64,000 nt of DNA, from contig JAWOCD010000084.1 of NCBI GenBank assembly GCA_046483985.1, positions 32,001 through 96,000 on the forward strand, read 5' to 3'. The position numbers and the translations under genes were made by a program. Of this stretch, positions 54,114-64,000 are shown piece by piece (the first letter of the stretch is position 1; the number at the start of each line of letters is the position of its first letter). The notes beneath the pieces are model-generated. The model saw only the letters and a program-made list of their open reading frames with translations. It had not been told where the DNA came from and ran no database searches. Origin of the DNA: Promethearchaeia archaeon (GTDB lineage: Archaea > Asgardarchaeota > Lokiarchaeia > Sigyniarchaeales > SOKP01).

Positions 54114-54534
54114 AATAAAAGTAACTCAACCTTAAAAATATACCAATTAGTTTTGGTGATTATACCTTTCATTTTATAAAAATATTTTCAAGAAAATATT
54201 TCATGAAAAAAAGGTCGTAAATTAAATTCTTCTTGCAGGAGCTTATAAGAGTGAGGACACCTCATCGCTTCAGATTTATTTTTTACATCTAGCTTTGTTT
54301 TTTTATCCTATCTATTAAAAAGAGAGGGATATAATAAAATACTGATTCATTAAGTACTCTAACAGTGTAATATGAACCATATCAAAGAGACCCAAAAGAT
54401 TATATTGAAACTTTTAAAAGATTTAGTCTTTCCAGCGAAGAAATAGAAGATGAAACTTTTAATTGGAACATTCATTTATCACCTAATAAGTATAATCACC
54501 TAGTTTTTAAATCTTAATAAAAAAATAGATATAT

Positions 54535-55524
54535 ATGATGATGTTAAAGGATCAATTATTAAATTTAGAGATGATAATGTTCGGCGGAAAGGGTGGCGTG
54601 GGAAAGACAAGTAGTGCCGCTAGTGCTGCAATCTGGGCCGCAGAACATGGAAGAAAGACAATTGTCATTAGTACGGATCCCGCACACTCTCTAGGAGATA
54701 GTTTAGGATTGGAATTAGAACCGGGGGACCCGAGTCCGATGCCTAATGTAGAAAATTTAACGGCCCTCGAAATAAATCCCACAGCAAAAATGTCCGAATT
54801 TGGAGATATCTCAGCCGTAAATCCAGTAGGATCCATGGAAATGGGAGATATGATGGAAAATATTATGCCCGGAATGGAAGAACTAAAACATCTAAATTCA
54901 CTCACTCCCCCCGGAATTGATGAAGCCTTGGCATTTGGGAAAGTATTGGAATTTATTGAAACGGAGCATGAATATGATTTAATAATTTTTGATACTGCTC
55001 CAACTGGACACACATTGAGGTTCCTCAGTCTCCCAGAAACTTTATCCAGCTGGATTGGTAAAATAGTAAAACTCCGGCTAAAAATTGGAAAATTTTTTGG
55101 TGCAATTAAAAATTTTTTCAGTAAATCAGAAGAAGAAGATGAGAACTCATTAGAACTATTAGAAAAGCTAAATGAATCAATTGTGAAAGCTCGGAAAGAT
55201 TTAACGAATGAAGATAAAAACACATTTATCATCGTGATGATTCCGGAGGAAATGGCAATTTCTGAAACCGGACGTCTTATTAATGAATTAGTAAAATATG
55301 AGATCCCATCTTCAAATATTGTGGTTAATAAATTATATAAAGATCCAAAGGAGTTATGCGATTTTTGTTTGGCACGGAGGAGAATGCAACAACGGAACTT
55401 AAACAAAATTAAGAAGATTTTTGGAGATAAATTAGGAAAAAACGTAATCGAAGTACCTTTATTTAAAGAAGAAATAAGAGAATATCCGCAATTAAAAGAG
55501 ATGGCCCAATATCTTATTGATTAG
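54535..55524 (+). CDS. Get3/TRC40 (ArsA family) ATPase
   Basis: GGKGGVGKT, STDPAH, PGIDE, DTAPTGHTLRFL, CDFC. Confidence 0.92.
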   Translation: MMMLKDQLLNLEMIMFGGKGGVGKTSSAASAAIWAAEHGRKTIVISTDPAHSLGDSLGLELEPGDPSPMPNVENLTALEINPTAKMSEFGDISAVNPVGSMEMGDMMENIMPGMEELKHLNSLTPPGIDEALAFGKVLEFIETEHEYDLIIFDTAPTGHTLRFLSLPETLSSWIGKIVKLRLKIGKFFGAIKNFFSKSEEEDENSLELLEKLNESIVKARKDLTNEDKNTFIIVMIPEEMAISETGRLINELVKYEIPSSNIVVNKLYKDPKELCDFCLARRRMQQRNLNKIKKIFGDKLGKNVIEVPLFKEEIREYPQLKEMAQYLID

Positions 55525-56507
55525 CCCTCTTTAGAACCTTTAATCTCCATTTTTAAACTACAAAAATTACAGATATCTTGTTTTCCGCTTGGGTATCCAC
55601 ATTTTTTGCAAAGATTTATTTTTTTCTGTTCCTTTTGTTTGTATAATAATTCAGAAAGTTCAAGAAATCCGTTTACCAAATTAAATTCGATCTCTGGACT
55701 TGATTGCTTAAAATCATTAATGATATTAAGAACGCGCTTCCTTATGATGGGGTCCGATTTCCTATATGGGCACAATTGTGAATAATAATCAAAATCTTTA
55801 AGTTTAGAATAGAGTTGAATTTCATTTTCTGGGATTTTAAAAAGGGGTTTAATCTTCTTAATGTATATATTCTCTAACTGACTTGAAGGAGTTTTAAAGA
55901 AATATTGGTTCTGGATCTTATGAAATCTTTTAAAAAAAATATTCATTAAAAAGGTTTCAGCCACATCTGTAAGATTATGTCCCATCGCGAGTATATCCCC
56001 GTTAAGTTGTTTTGCTCCAGCATTCAAAAGTCTTCGCCGAATAAGTGCACAGAAATTACAAGCATTCTGATTATCTCTCTCTTTTTGCTTCCTTGATATA
56101 ATCATATCCAGGGTAGTATCTAAATAATCTCTTACATCCATAATATGATGTGAAATGCTATATCTCTGACAAAATTTTTTCGCTTTCTCAATAGTAAGAT
56201 CTCTGTATCCTTTTATTCCTTCATTAAGTGAAAGTGCTATAAGCTCTTTCGAATTATACGTTTTTTCTTGGATTTTCATCAGATTATATAGTAAAGTTAA
56301 AGAATCCTTACCCCCAGAAACAGCGACTATAATTCTGTCGTCAGGAGTCATCATATCGTATTTTGAAATAGTTTTATGAATTTTCTCCTCAATCTTAGAT
56401 ATAAAACAAGATTTGCATAATCTTTCGCCAGAATACCTTCTATAAATGAAAGCCTCCTCATCGCAATAACTACAAGCTCCCAAATTTCCTTGTTCTGAGA
56501 ACTCCAT
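55521..56507 (-). CDS. tRNA 2-thiolation protein (NcsA/Ctu1, TIGR00269-like)
   Basis: SGGKDS PP-loop, CNFC, GHNLTD, CPY, terminal Zn fingers. Confidence 0.9.
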   Translation of the reverse strand: MEFSEQGNLGACSYCDEEAFIYRRYSGERLCKSCFISKIEEKIHKTISKYDMMTPDDRIIVAVSGGKDSLTLLYNLMKIQEKTYNSKELIALSLNEGIKGYRDLTIEKAKKFCQRYSISHHIMDVRDYLDTTLDMIISRKQKERDNQNACNFCALIRRRLLNAGAKQLNGDILAMGHNLTDVAETFLMNIFFKRFHKIQNQYFFKTPSSQLENIYIKKIKPLFKIPENEIQLYSKLKDFDYYSQLCPYRKSDPIIRKRVLNIINDFKQSSPEIEFNLVNGFLELSELLYKQKEQKKINLCKKCGYPSGKQDICNFCSLKMEIKGSKEG

Positions 56508-56525
56508 TAAATCACCTTAATAAGT

Positions 56526-58349
56526 TTAGACCCAGAAGATGCGTGTACCAAATTTTAAAAAAGACAAGATAAAATTCCCAGCAACGATAATTAATGTTAT
56601 CACGCGAAGTGTATTTAAGATTAGTTTTTTGGGTTTCTTCTTTTTATCATGTAGATATTCATATTTAATTTCCAAAACCGAATTTTCAGGGAGATTTCTA
56701 TTTTTGAATTCTAGCTGTACTGCATCTTTGAATCCATCATTGAGAGAATCGATCAGAGTAAAGTTATCCTCTGCGATCTTAATTTCACTGGAATTGTCTC
56801 TTTTAGAAGTGTTTAATCTTTCTGTTTTATCCTCAGAGTTGATTATAAGTTTAATTTTCTTAATATGCTGTACCCGATATTCGGAGAGTTCATATATTTC
56901 TTTTTCTGAATCAATCATAAATTTTTCCGTCTGAGTTTTTGTACCTTCATATTTTTCCCCAATACCCCAATTAATTAATTCTTTTATTACTCTATCTCCA
57001 TCGAATATGGGGAGAGGAAGCATATTAAATAAAGAAATGCTAAAAGCTATTATCCATAACCAAATCAATTCTCGATATATGAAATCAGGAAATCCTCCTG
57101 TAAATAGTTTTGAAATAGAATTTAATGGCATCCAATATGGTTTACTCAGAATACCGATTAGGACTCCGATCACTTCTGCATCAAGCATGTACTCCTTCCC
57201 ATTTTCATCTTTAAGCTTTAAACTTTTAAGGTTTTTTGTAGTTAATATACTTTCAAGTGTTACACCCTCCTCTACGTTAATCTCTGTTCCGTTGATTTCG
57301 GTTATGATGGTTCCTTCTTCTAACTCAGTGTCCTCTTTTGAGTCAACTTGGGTTATTTTCAATTCAGTTTTCGAAGCATATTCATACTCAATACCTATAT
57401 CATAGCGGGGGCCTAAGGTGATATCCTTTTGGGATTTTGTATCTTCTTGAGGAATATAAACTTTTAACGTAAGATTATCCCCCACAGAACAAGAAATCTC
57501 ATCTGTTCTATTATAAAGATAATTTTCAAGAGTTTTATTATTCCAATAATCTAATTCAAGAAAATCCTCATCGGAGCCTTGCTTTTTTAGCCCCACTATA
57601 ACATCCCCAGATTCAATATTTTTGTAGTTGAATCCCCCATCCTTTTCTTGATGAACGGTATCAACTTGGATAACCTGAGAGCCATAAAATGGTGAGATAA
57701 TGAGGGGAAAGATCAAAAGAAGCACCATAGCAATTCCCGCAGTAATAATGTTGACAAATGTTCCCGCAGAAGCAATTCTAAGTCTAGTTTTCCGTTCCAC
57801 CTTCTTTGATGCCATTTCCCGTTCATCAACTTCAACAAATGCGCCCCCTCCGAGAAGAAAAAATAATCCTCCCGCCAGAACTCCCGTAGATTTTACATCG
57901 ATATCGTCGATCGTTGCGGCTATACCGTGTGCCAGCTCGTGAGTTGTCATAATAAATAACAAGGGTAATAATAAATACATAAAAATGGGGATATCAATCG
58001 TAACGCCTGGAATTAAAGGAGTTACAACGTTTTGTACCGTGGGCTCCATAATCAGGCTAATCAGATTTACAAAAAAGAAATAAAAGCCAAAAATTGTTAA
58101 TCCAAAAGAGACAAAAATACCAACTGTCCAAAATATCCGCCAAAACTTTGGAAATTTTTTTGAAATTTTCTTTATGAAACTGTTTAACCTTTTAGTCTTT
58201 AACATAGCAATTATGGGAAAAAACACATAGATTGCTTCTTTTTTGTTACGTAATAGATATACTAATACGCCTATAATAAGCCAAAAACCTAAGCTTAGTA
58301 AAAACCAAGGATTTGATAAAAAACCTAAAACCGTATCGGCTATGGTCAT
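56526..58349 (-). CDS. Site-2 protease (M50) with PDZ-like domains
   Basis: HELAH, GAFVE, NMLPLPIFDG, multiple TMs. Confidence 0.93.
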   Translation of the reverse strand: MTIADTVLGFLSNPWFLLSLGFWLIIGVLVYLLRNKKEAIYVFFPIIAMLKTKRLNSFIKKISKKFPKFWRIFWTVGIFVSFGLTIFGFYFFFVNLISLIMEPTVQNVVTPLIPGVTIDIPIFMYLLLPLLFIMTTHELAHGIAATIDDIDVKSTGVLAGGLFFLLGGGAFVEVDEREMASKKVERKTRLRIASAGTFVNIITAGIAMVLLLIFPLIISPFYGSQVIQVDTVHQEKDGGFNYKNIESGDVIVGLKKQGSDEDFLELDYWNNKTLENYLYNRTDEISCSVGDNLTLKVYIPQEDTKSQKDITLGPRYDIGIEYEYASKTELKITQVDSKEDTELEEGTIITEINGTEINVEEGVTLESILTTKNLKSLKLKDENGKEYMLDAEVIGVLIGILSKPYWMPLNSISKLFTGGFPDFIYRELIWLWIIAFSISLFNMLPLPIFDGDRVIKELINWGIGEKYEGTKTQTEKFMIDSEKEIYELSEYRVQHIKKIKLIINSEDKTERLNTSKRDNSSEIKIAEDNFTLIDSLNDGFKDAVQLEFKNRNLPENSVLEIKYEYLHDKKKKPKKLILNTLRVITLIIVAGNFILSFLKFGTRIFWV

Positions 58350-58451
58350 GGGAATCTTCTATTTCCTTTTAAAAGTCAAAATAAATTTGTAAAAACTTTT
58401 TATTTCTATTGTTTCCAAAAAATAAATGACTCAAAAAATAGTTTTTCCTTT

Positions 58452-59228
58452 CTATTTCTCGAGAAGATTATTTCTTTCCAAAACCCAATTATCTATTAAA
58501 AATTCTTGGGGCTTTCTTTTTTGTAAAATGTAATTATTATGTATTGTTGATTTTGGAATCCAAATCTCATTTCCTTCAGAGAAAGTGATTAATAATGCCT
58601 TTTTTGTTCCTTTTTTTATGGTTCCTCCAATATTTGTTAGATTCTTATAAAGATCTTCTTTTTGTTGGCGATTACTACTTTGATTAAATTTATTATTTAT
58701 TAGGAAAGGATCATTTTTTACATGATGAGGGAGTTTGAACGAATCCCCTATTTTAGAAGATTCTCTGGGAAAATCTTGGTCATTAATGGGAGATGATTTG
58801 TTCTTTATTGGCGGGATTGTAGCGTAAATGATTTTCTCTTCCAGAAGATGAGCTAAAAATAGATACATTACCGTAATTTCCCCGAGCTTAAGATACCTCC
58901 TATATTCTCCAATCTTTATCCATAAGTTAGAAAATTTATCATCCTCCCATTCAAAAGAAATAAGAGTTTTTGTGTCCTTGTAATTATGGTAATTCTGCCA
59001 ATGATATCTTTTTTTGTTTAGAACCTCTAATATCAATGCAATTTCTTCCAATGAACATTTTATAATCTTTCCTGCTCCTTTCGAAGGTTTTTCCCATGTT
59101 CCATCTACTTTTTTCCTAAAACAGATTAGATGTATAAATGGTTCGGCTCTCGAATTGCTTTTTATCATTAATCCCGTATTTTGACCAAAAAACGTTTTAA
59201 TGTGTATATCTGTCAATTTTATTTCCAA
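58452..59228 (-). CDS. Hypothetical protein
   Basis: 258-aa ORF; C-term TKKALLI..EIWIPKS small domain. Confidence 0.65.
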   Translation of the reverse strand: MEIKLTDIHIKTFFGQNTGLMIKSNSRAEPFIHLICFRKKVDGTWEKPSKGAGKIIKCSLEEIALILEVLNKKRYHWQNYHNYKDTKTLISFEWEDDKFSNLWIKIGEYRRYLKLGEITVMYLFLAHLLEEKIIYATIPPIKNKSSPINDQDFPRESSKIGDSFKLPHHVKNDPFLINNKFNQSSNRQQKEDLYKNLTNIGGTIKKGTKKALLITFSEGNEIWIPKSTIHNNYILQKRKPQEFLIDNWVLERNNLLEK

Positions 59229-59377
59229 CTTCTACTTAACTATTAATGGTTATTGATTTTCTTCAATAGAAAATTTATAAATGTCTCTAAAATCGAAAAA
59301 AATAAAAGAAGAATTTCTTTTCATTAAATATAGAACATTTCAAATTAAAAAATTTAGTAGGATCTTATAAAAGAACT

Positions 59378-59511
59378 AGCGGGGTGGGCTAGCCTGGTTT
59401 ATTTATGAGTGATTTCCGCTCATATAATACGCCGCAGGGCTCATAACCCTGAGATCGTTCGTTCAAAAAGAAGTGCTGAGTTCCAGCAGCTTGAAAGTCG
59501 AACCCCCGCTA
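59378..59511 (+). tRNA. Initiator tRNA-Met(CAT) with two introns (D-loop approx. 59402-59430; T-loop 59/60 at 59468-59497)
   Basis: A1-U72 acceptor AGCGGGG/CCCCGCT, three G-C pairs in CAGGG-CTCATAA-CCCTG; BHB TTCA/TGAA with AAA and AGT bulges. Confidence 0.92.
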
Positions 59512-59621
59512 TTATATTTCCTACTTCTAGTTCTTAATATTTTATATTTTTCTCAAAATCTAAAAAATTTTATATTAACATATAATATTATGTTTAGAAA
59601 AGCCATAAAAAGGTTTAAAAA

Positions 59622-60365
59622 ATGAGTGATTCAGGAGGTTTTAAGAGATATCCGGCAATAAGGTGTTGGATCAAACATTTATTAGAAGGGAATTATTCAA
59701 ATGAAGAAAAAGCACTTTATACGATTTTTGGTTTAGTTAAAAGGACAAGATTTGTAGCCACGATCGTTGATAAAAGAGAAATAATAGATAACAACCCCAA
59801 TGAGGAGGACGATTTAATCGATTCTGAAGAGGATATAGTTTCCAGAATGGAGTTTGACTTAGATGACGGAACGGGTCTTATCCGTGCAACTTTATGGCAA
59901 GTTAATCCGGAAAATTATGAATATCTTAACCAAGGAGACATTGTAGATGTTGTTGGTCTTATCCGGCAGTGGAAAGAATTTACATCAATTTCACCTGAAA
60001 TATTGAGGAAGATAGAGAATCCGAATTATATACTATTGAGAAATGCTCAAATTATTAAAAAGCTAAAATCAGGAGAAATTGAAGAAATTCCAGAAATCTC
60101 TGAAGAAGAATATGAGATTGATGAACTGTCTGACGAAGTAGATATAGAAGAGTTATTTGAAGAAGAAGGGAAAGGAGAAGATGACATTAAGGGTAAAATT
60201 TATTCATTAATCGAAGAACATTCTATAGAGGGGGAAGGAATAAATATCACGGATATATTAATGAAGGTCGAGATAGATAAAGAAGAATTGAAGGGATATA
60301 TTGAAGAATTGGAGATGGAATCAAAAATATATCGTTCAGAAGGAGATACTTACCAAACTTATTAG
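59622..60365 (+). CDS. RPA32-like OB-fold ssDNA-binding protein with C-terminal winged helix
   Basis: LDDGTGLIRA.LW, GDIVDVVG, acidic linker, wHTH tail. Confidence 0.85.
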   Translation: MSDSGGFKRYPAIRCWIKHLLEGNYSNEEKALYTIFGLVKRTRFVATIVDKREIIDNNPNEEDDLIDSEEDIVSRMEFDLDDGTGLIRATLWQVNPENYEYLNQGDIVDVVGLIRQWKEFTSISPEILRKIENPNYILLRNAQIIKKLKSGEIEEIPEISEEEYEIDELSDEVDIEELFEEEGKGEDDIKGKIYSLIEEHSIEGEGINITDILMKVEIDKEELKGYIEELEMESKIYRSEGDTYQTY

Positions 60366-60471
60366 ATCATCGCTCTACAAGATATATTTTTCTAATTGGA
60401 TAATATCATAAAATTAATTATTGATTTTTTATTTATATAATTATAAAAAAAAGGAAATTTAGAAAAATAAA

Positions 60472-60879
60472 ATGGATATTCATAATTATAAAAAACTACT
60501 AAATAAAGCTTATAAGGAAATTCCTAAAGACGTTATTCAATCGACCCGTTTTAGAATTCCAACCACTCATATCAGAAGAGAAGGGCGTAATACCTATATC
60601 ACCAATTTCTTTAAAATCATTTCAAAATTAAATCGAGATAAAAACCACTTTCTTGGAATATTTTTAAAAAATGTTGGAACATTCGGAGAGACCCGTGGAC
60701 AGCAATTATTTTTAAAAGGATATCATAAAAGAAGAGTGTTAAACCGTATAATCAAAGAGTATGCTGAAGATTATGTACTCTGTGATGTGTGTAATAAGCC
60801 AGATACTAAAATCATTAAGGAAGGAAAGAAAGAATATTTGAAATGTACTGCTTGCGGTGCCAGAAGAGAAATAAAATAA
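60472..60879 (+). CDS. eif2b: Translation initiation factor aIF-2 beta
   Basis: RF.IP, T.ITNF, CDVCNKPDT, CTACGA. Confidence 0.94.
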   Translation: MDIHNYKKLLNKAYKEIPKDVIQSTRFRIPTTHIRREGRNTYITNFFKIISKLNRDKNHFLGIFLKNVGTFGETRGQQLFLKGYHKRRVLNRIIKEYAEDYVLCDVCNKPDTKIIKEGKKEYLKCTACGARREIK

Positions 60880-60905
60880 AAAACAATAGAGAATCAAAAA
60901 GATCC

Positions 60906-61202
60906 ATGAAAGTATATCTCAAAATTCATGATTGGAAAAAGAATAAAACAGTTGCTTGTTGCGATGAAAACCTCCTTGAGAAAGTTATCAAGGAAGGAAA
61001 TTTAAAAATTGAAATTTCAAAACAATTTTATGGGGGAGACCTTATGGATATAAATAAGGCGATAGAAATCCTAAAGGATGTGAATAATTTTAATATTGTT
61101 GGAAAAAGCATTATTGAACTTGCCATTGAACATAAAATACTTCCAAAGGAAGGAATACGCTCAATCGATGGAGTGCCAATGGCACTGAAGATGATGTTTT
61201 AA
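60906..61202 (+). CDS. DUF424 family protein
   Basis: VACCDENLL, FYGG, NIVG, IDGVP; start placed at MKVYLKIH. Confidence 0.88.
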   Translation: MKVYLKIHDWKKNKTVACCDENLLEKVIKEGNLKIEISKQFYGGDLMDINKAIEILKDVNNFNIVGKSIIELAIEHKILPKEGIRSIDGVPMALKMMF

Positions 61203-62116
61203 TGCCCAGAAGATTTTGTGCAATTTGTGGGAAAGAGTTGGACTCAAACTCACCTCATTTTGGAATGTGCCTTGAATGTTATTTAAAAGAAAATCCGCTC
61301 TTTGAATTACCAGATAAATTTAAATTTAAAATTTGCCCTGATTGTGGTAGATTTACTAAAAGAAAGAAATGGTTAAAACCAAAAAAGCAAGGAATATTGA
61401 AAATCATAAAAGAAGCAATTAGAGAATTTCTTATTAAATCTTATAAAGAAAAAAATATCAACTTTGAGATTGGTTTAGACGAGGATAGTATAGTTCTTAC
61501 CTCTAAAAATTTGATTAAAAAAATTGAAGTAATTATTTATGGATATATTAAAAATAATCCTAAATTGAACCATCAGCAACGTATTAACTTAATTATTAAT
61601 TATGATTTATGTAAAAATTGCAGCAGAATAAGAGGAGGAAACTATTTCGTTTCAATAATTCAGCTCCGCGTAAAAAATGAGTCATATTATGATAAAATTA
61701 ATGAAGTAATACAAATAATTCAACCTTTTGTTGAAAACCAATTCGAGAAAGATCGCCGACAGTATATTACCAAATTAATAGAGCAAAAACGTGGAGCAGA
61801 TCTTTATATAAGTACTAAAAAACTAACCAACCAAATATTGAACATTTTAGACCGTAAATATCATTTTATTAAAAAACGTTCCAGAAAATTAGTTGGCCGG
61901 AATACCCAAGAGGGAAAAAATGTATATCGTCACAAGTTTCTGATTAAGTTCCTACCTGTAGAAAGAGAGGATAGAATAAAAATATATGATGAAATCTTCG
62001 AAATAAATAATATTCTTAAAAATACGGTCATTATGAAAAACAACAAAAATGAAAAAAAGACAAAAGATTATGGGTTTTTTTTTGAGAATAAATTTCAAAA
62101 AATAAATAATGATTAA
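61202..62116 (+). CDS. NMD3-related ribosome biogenesis protein
   Basis: CAICG..CLEC, CPDCG, CKNCSR..G.YF..IIQLR, LVG. Confidence 0.9.
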   Translation: MPRRFCAICGKELDSNSPHFGMCLECYLKENPLFELPDKFKFKICPDCGRFTKRKKWLKPKKQGILKIIKEAIREFLIKSYKEKNINFEIGLDEDSIVLTSKNLIKKIEVIIYGYIKNNPKLNHQQRINLIINYDLCKNCSRIRGGNYFVSIIQLRVKNESYYDKINEVIQIIQPFVENQFEKDRRQYITKLIEQKRGADLYISTKKLTNQILNILDRKYHFIKKRSRKLVGRNTQEGKNVYRHKFLIKFLPVEREDRIKIYDEIFEINNILKNTVIMKNNKNEKKTKDYGFFFENKFQKINND

Positions 62117-62121
62117 AGAAC

Positions 62122-62919
62122 ATGGATTTTGAAAAGAAAAAGGATTTCCACAAAAAAGTCGATGAGTTAGAACGTACTAATATCGATAAACGACGGATTA
62201 GAAAGACAGATAGATCTAAGCAACGTTCAGCCGTTGAGTCAGTCTTCGATGAGAGAACAACATTTGAATTGAGAAAATTACTGCAAAACGGGCCCCTCAA
62301 TGAGATAGAAGGGATAATTTCGGCTGGTAAAGAGGCAAATGTATACTTAGGTTATGATTTAGACGGAAACGAGGTCGCCATTAAGATCTATAAAATAGAT
62401 CGGAATACGTCTAAATGGATGAAAAATTATATTTTAGGAGATCCTCGTTTTAAAAAAGTTCCAAAAAATATTTCAAAGGTAATTTATCTATGGGGTCGTA
62501 AAGAGTTTAAAAACCTTAAAAGAAGTTATAAATATAATTTACCAGTCCCGAAACCAATTAAAATTAAGAGTAACATTTTAATTATGGAATATATTGGATT
62601 TGGGCCTATTCCAGCGCCACAATTAAAAGATATAAGGAAAATCAGGAATCCATATGATCTTTTGGACAGAGTTTTATCTTTTATTAAAGATCTTTTTCAA
62701 AAAGCTAAACTAGTGCATTCTGATTTAAGTGAATTTAATATTTTATACCACAATCAAAAACCAGTGATAATTGATATTTCACAAGCAGTTTCAATCGCTC
62801 ATCCAAAAGCAGAACGTTATTTAGTGAGAGACATAAAAAATATATTCAACTATTTTGAAGGGATCGGAATTGACATGCCAAATCCAGAAGAATTTTATTA
62901 TGAAGTAATTGATATTTAA
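62122..62919 (+). CDS. rio1: RIO1 serine/threonine kinase
   Basis: SAGKEANVY, AIKIY, LVHSDLSEFNIL, IDISQAV. Confidence 0.95.
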   Translation: MDFEKKKDFHKKVDELERTNIDKRRIRKTDRSKQRSAVESVFDERTTFELRKLLQNGPLNEIEGIISAGKEANVYLGYDLDGNEVAIKIYKIDRNTSKWMKNYILGDPRFKKVPKNISKVIYLWGRKEFKNLKRSYKYNLPVPKPIKIKSNILIMEYIGFGPIPAPQLKDIRKIRNPYDLLDRVLSFIKDLFQKAKLVHSDLSEFNILYHNQKPVIIDISQAVSIAHPKAERYLVRDIKNIFNYFEGIGIDMPNPEEFYYEVIDI

Positions 62920-63111
62920 GAATTCTCTATTCAATAATCAATATAAATATGGGGCATTATTATCTATGGATTAGATAGACTAGATATATATTAAGATCAT
63001 TAACCCATTTAAACTATTTAAAAAAATGTGCCATGAAACATATTCCTTAATGAATGGGGGCTCTCAGATTTTAAATGATAATATTATAAGGAAATATTCA
63101 TTTTTGTTAAT

Positions 63112-63669
63112 ATGAAAGTCGGAAAAAAAAGGATCGCTGTTGTAATTGGAACGGAGGGGGAAGTTAAGAATGAGATTGAAAGAAAATTAGGTTTAGATAT
63201 TGATATTGATAGTAAAACGGGCTTGGTTGAGATTAAACCAAATAAAGATCATCCAAATTATGAACCATACAACAAATTAATCGCTAATAGGATCATAAAG
63301 GCCATTAGTCGAGGTTTTAACCCATCTAAAGCTATGAAACTATTAGATGAAAATATTCAATTACAAGTCGTTAATCTAGTCTCGATCTTAGGAAAGTCCG
63401 ACAAGAAATTAAGGAGGATTAAAGGTAGACTTATTGGAAGAAATGGGGAAATGCGTAAGGCATTAGAACAATATGGCGAATGTTTCGTTGCTATATATGG
63501 TAAAACCATATCTGTCATTGCTCATTATCAAAATATGAATGTTGTCCGAAAGGCAATTAATATGTTAATTGAGGGCACCCCACACCACGTTGTTTTAAAG
63601 CTGCTTGAGCGAAAATATAACGAGAGAAAGAAAGAAAGGTTTAGAGAGATGTACAAACCAGAGTTTTAA
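63112..63669 (+). CDS. KH-domain pre-rRNA processing protein (Dim2/Pno1)
   Basis: VVIGTEG, AISRGF, GRLIGRNG, YGKTI, G.PH..V. Confidence 0.92.
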   Translation: MKVGKKRIAVVIGTEGEVKNEIERKLGLDIDIDSKTGLVEIKPNKDHPNYEPYNKLIANRIIKAISRGFNPSKAMKLLDENIQLQVVNLVSILGKSDKKLRRIKGRLIGRNGEMRKALEQYGECFVAIYGKTISVIAHYQNMNVVRKAINMLIEGTPHHVVLKLLERKYNERKKERFREMYKPEF

Positions 63670-64000
63670 AGAGCATTAAATTTCTCCCTATGTGTTTCAT
63701 ATAAAGAGAGGATAACAACTGAATAAATTTTATGGTTTTTCTTGATTTTATAGTCAAGTACATCGATCTGAAAACTTTTTATAGAAAATGTCTCAGTATT
63801 AGAGTTTTTGTAAAGAATTATTCGTCTCGGGGGGAATTAACATCTCTAAAAATAAGAGCCCATCCATCAATATAATGTTCACAATTTTTTTTGAGTTCTA
63901 ATCAAAGGAGATCTCCTCAATATCAAAAAGGTCACTCGATAAACCCAATTTTGATCTAGAGACATTCGGATCCAGCAAATTTCGATTAAAAGATTCTTGA

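Noticed and set aside
54552-55406. 284-aa antisense ORF over get3, and many other antisense ORFs over core genes
   Set aside because: Shadow frames of well-supported genes
63670-64000. Partial ORF at the window end
   Set aside because: Short open frames with stops and no recognisable motif; needs flanking sequence

Overview
AT-rich chromosomal window from an Asgard archaeon, very probably Lokiarchaeia. The basis is Rab-like and Rag-like small GTPases fused to roadblock domains, a longin-like protein, an unsplit RpoB, and a stand-alone 23S rRNA with large ES39/ES9-like expansions. Most of it is core information-processing and metabolism: PolD DP2 with a Gln-ending LAGLIDADG intein, Cbf5, rpoH-rpoB, TFE, MBF1, PAN, NAC, NrdD, aRF1, Get3, RPA32, aIF2-beta, NMD3, RIO1, Dim2 and CoA-pathway genes. 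Five non-ordinary observations stand out. (1) Four of five tRNA genes carry 28-30 nt introns in the D- or T-loop; three sit at the same 59/60 site, and two of these are clearly homologous across different tRNAs. (2) There are five IS200/IS605-family ends, including a decayed tnpB with an omega-RNA-like tail. (3) One co-oriented left-end/right-end pair brackets a longin/roadblock-like eukaryotic-signature gene, a candidate non-autonomous cargo element. (4) The 23S rRNA has a ~240-nt ES39-like insert and a very long branched leader/trailer processing duplex. (5) There are two pseudogene-like ORFs, one interrupted only by in-frame TGAs. No CRISPR array was seen. All calls come from reading motifs by eye; no searches were run.
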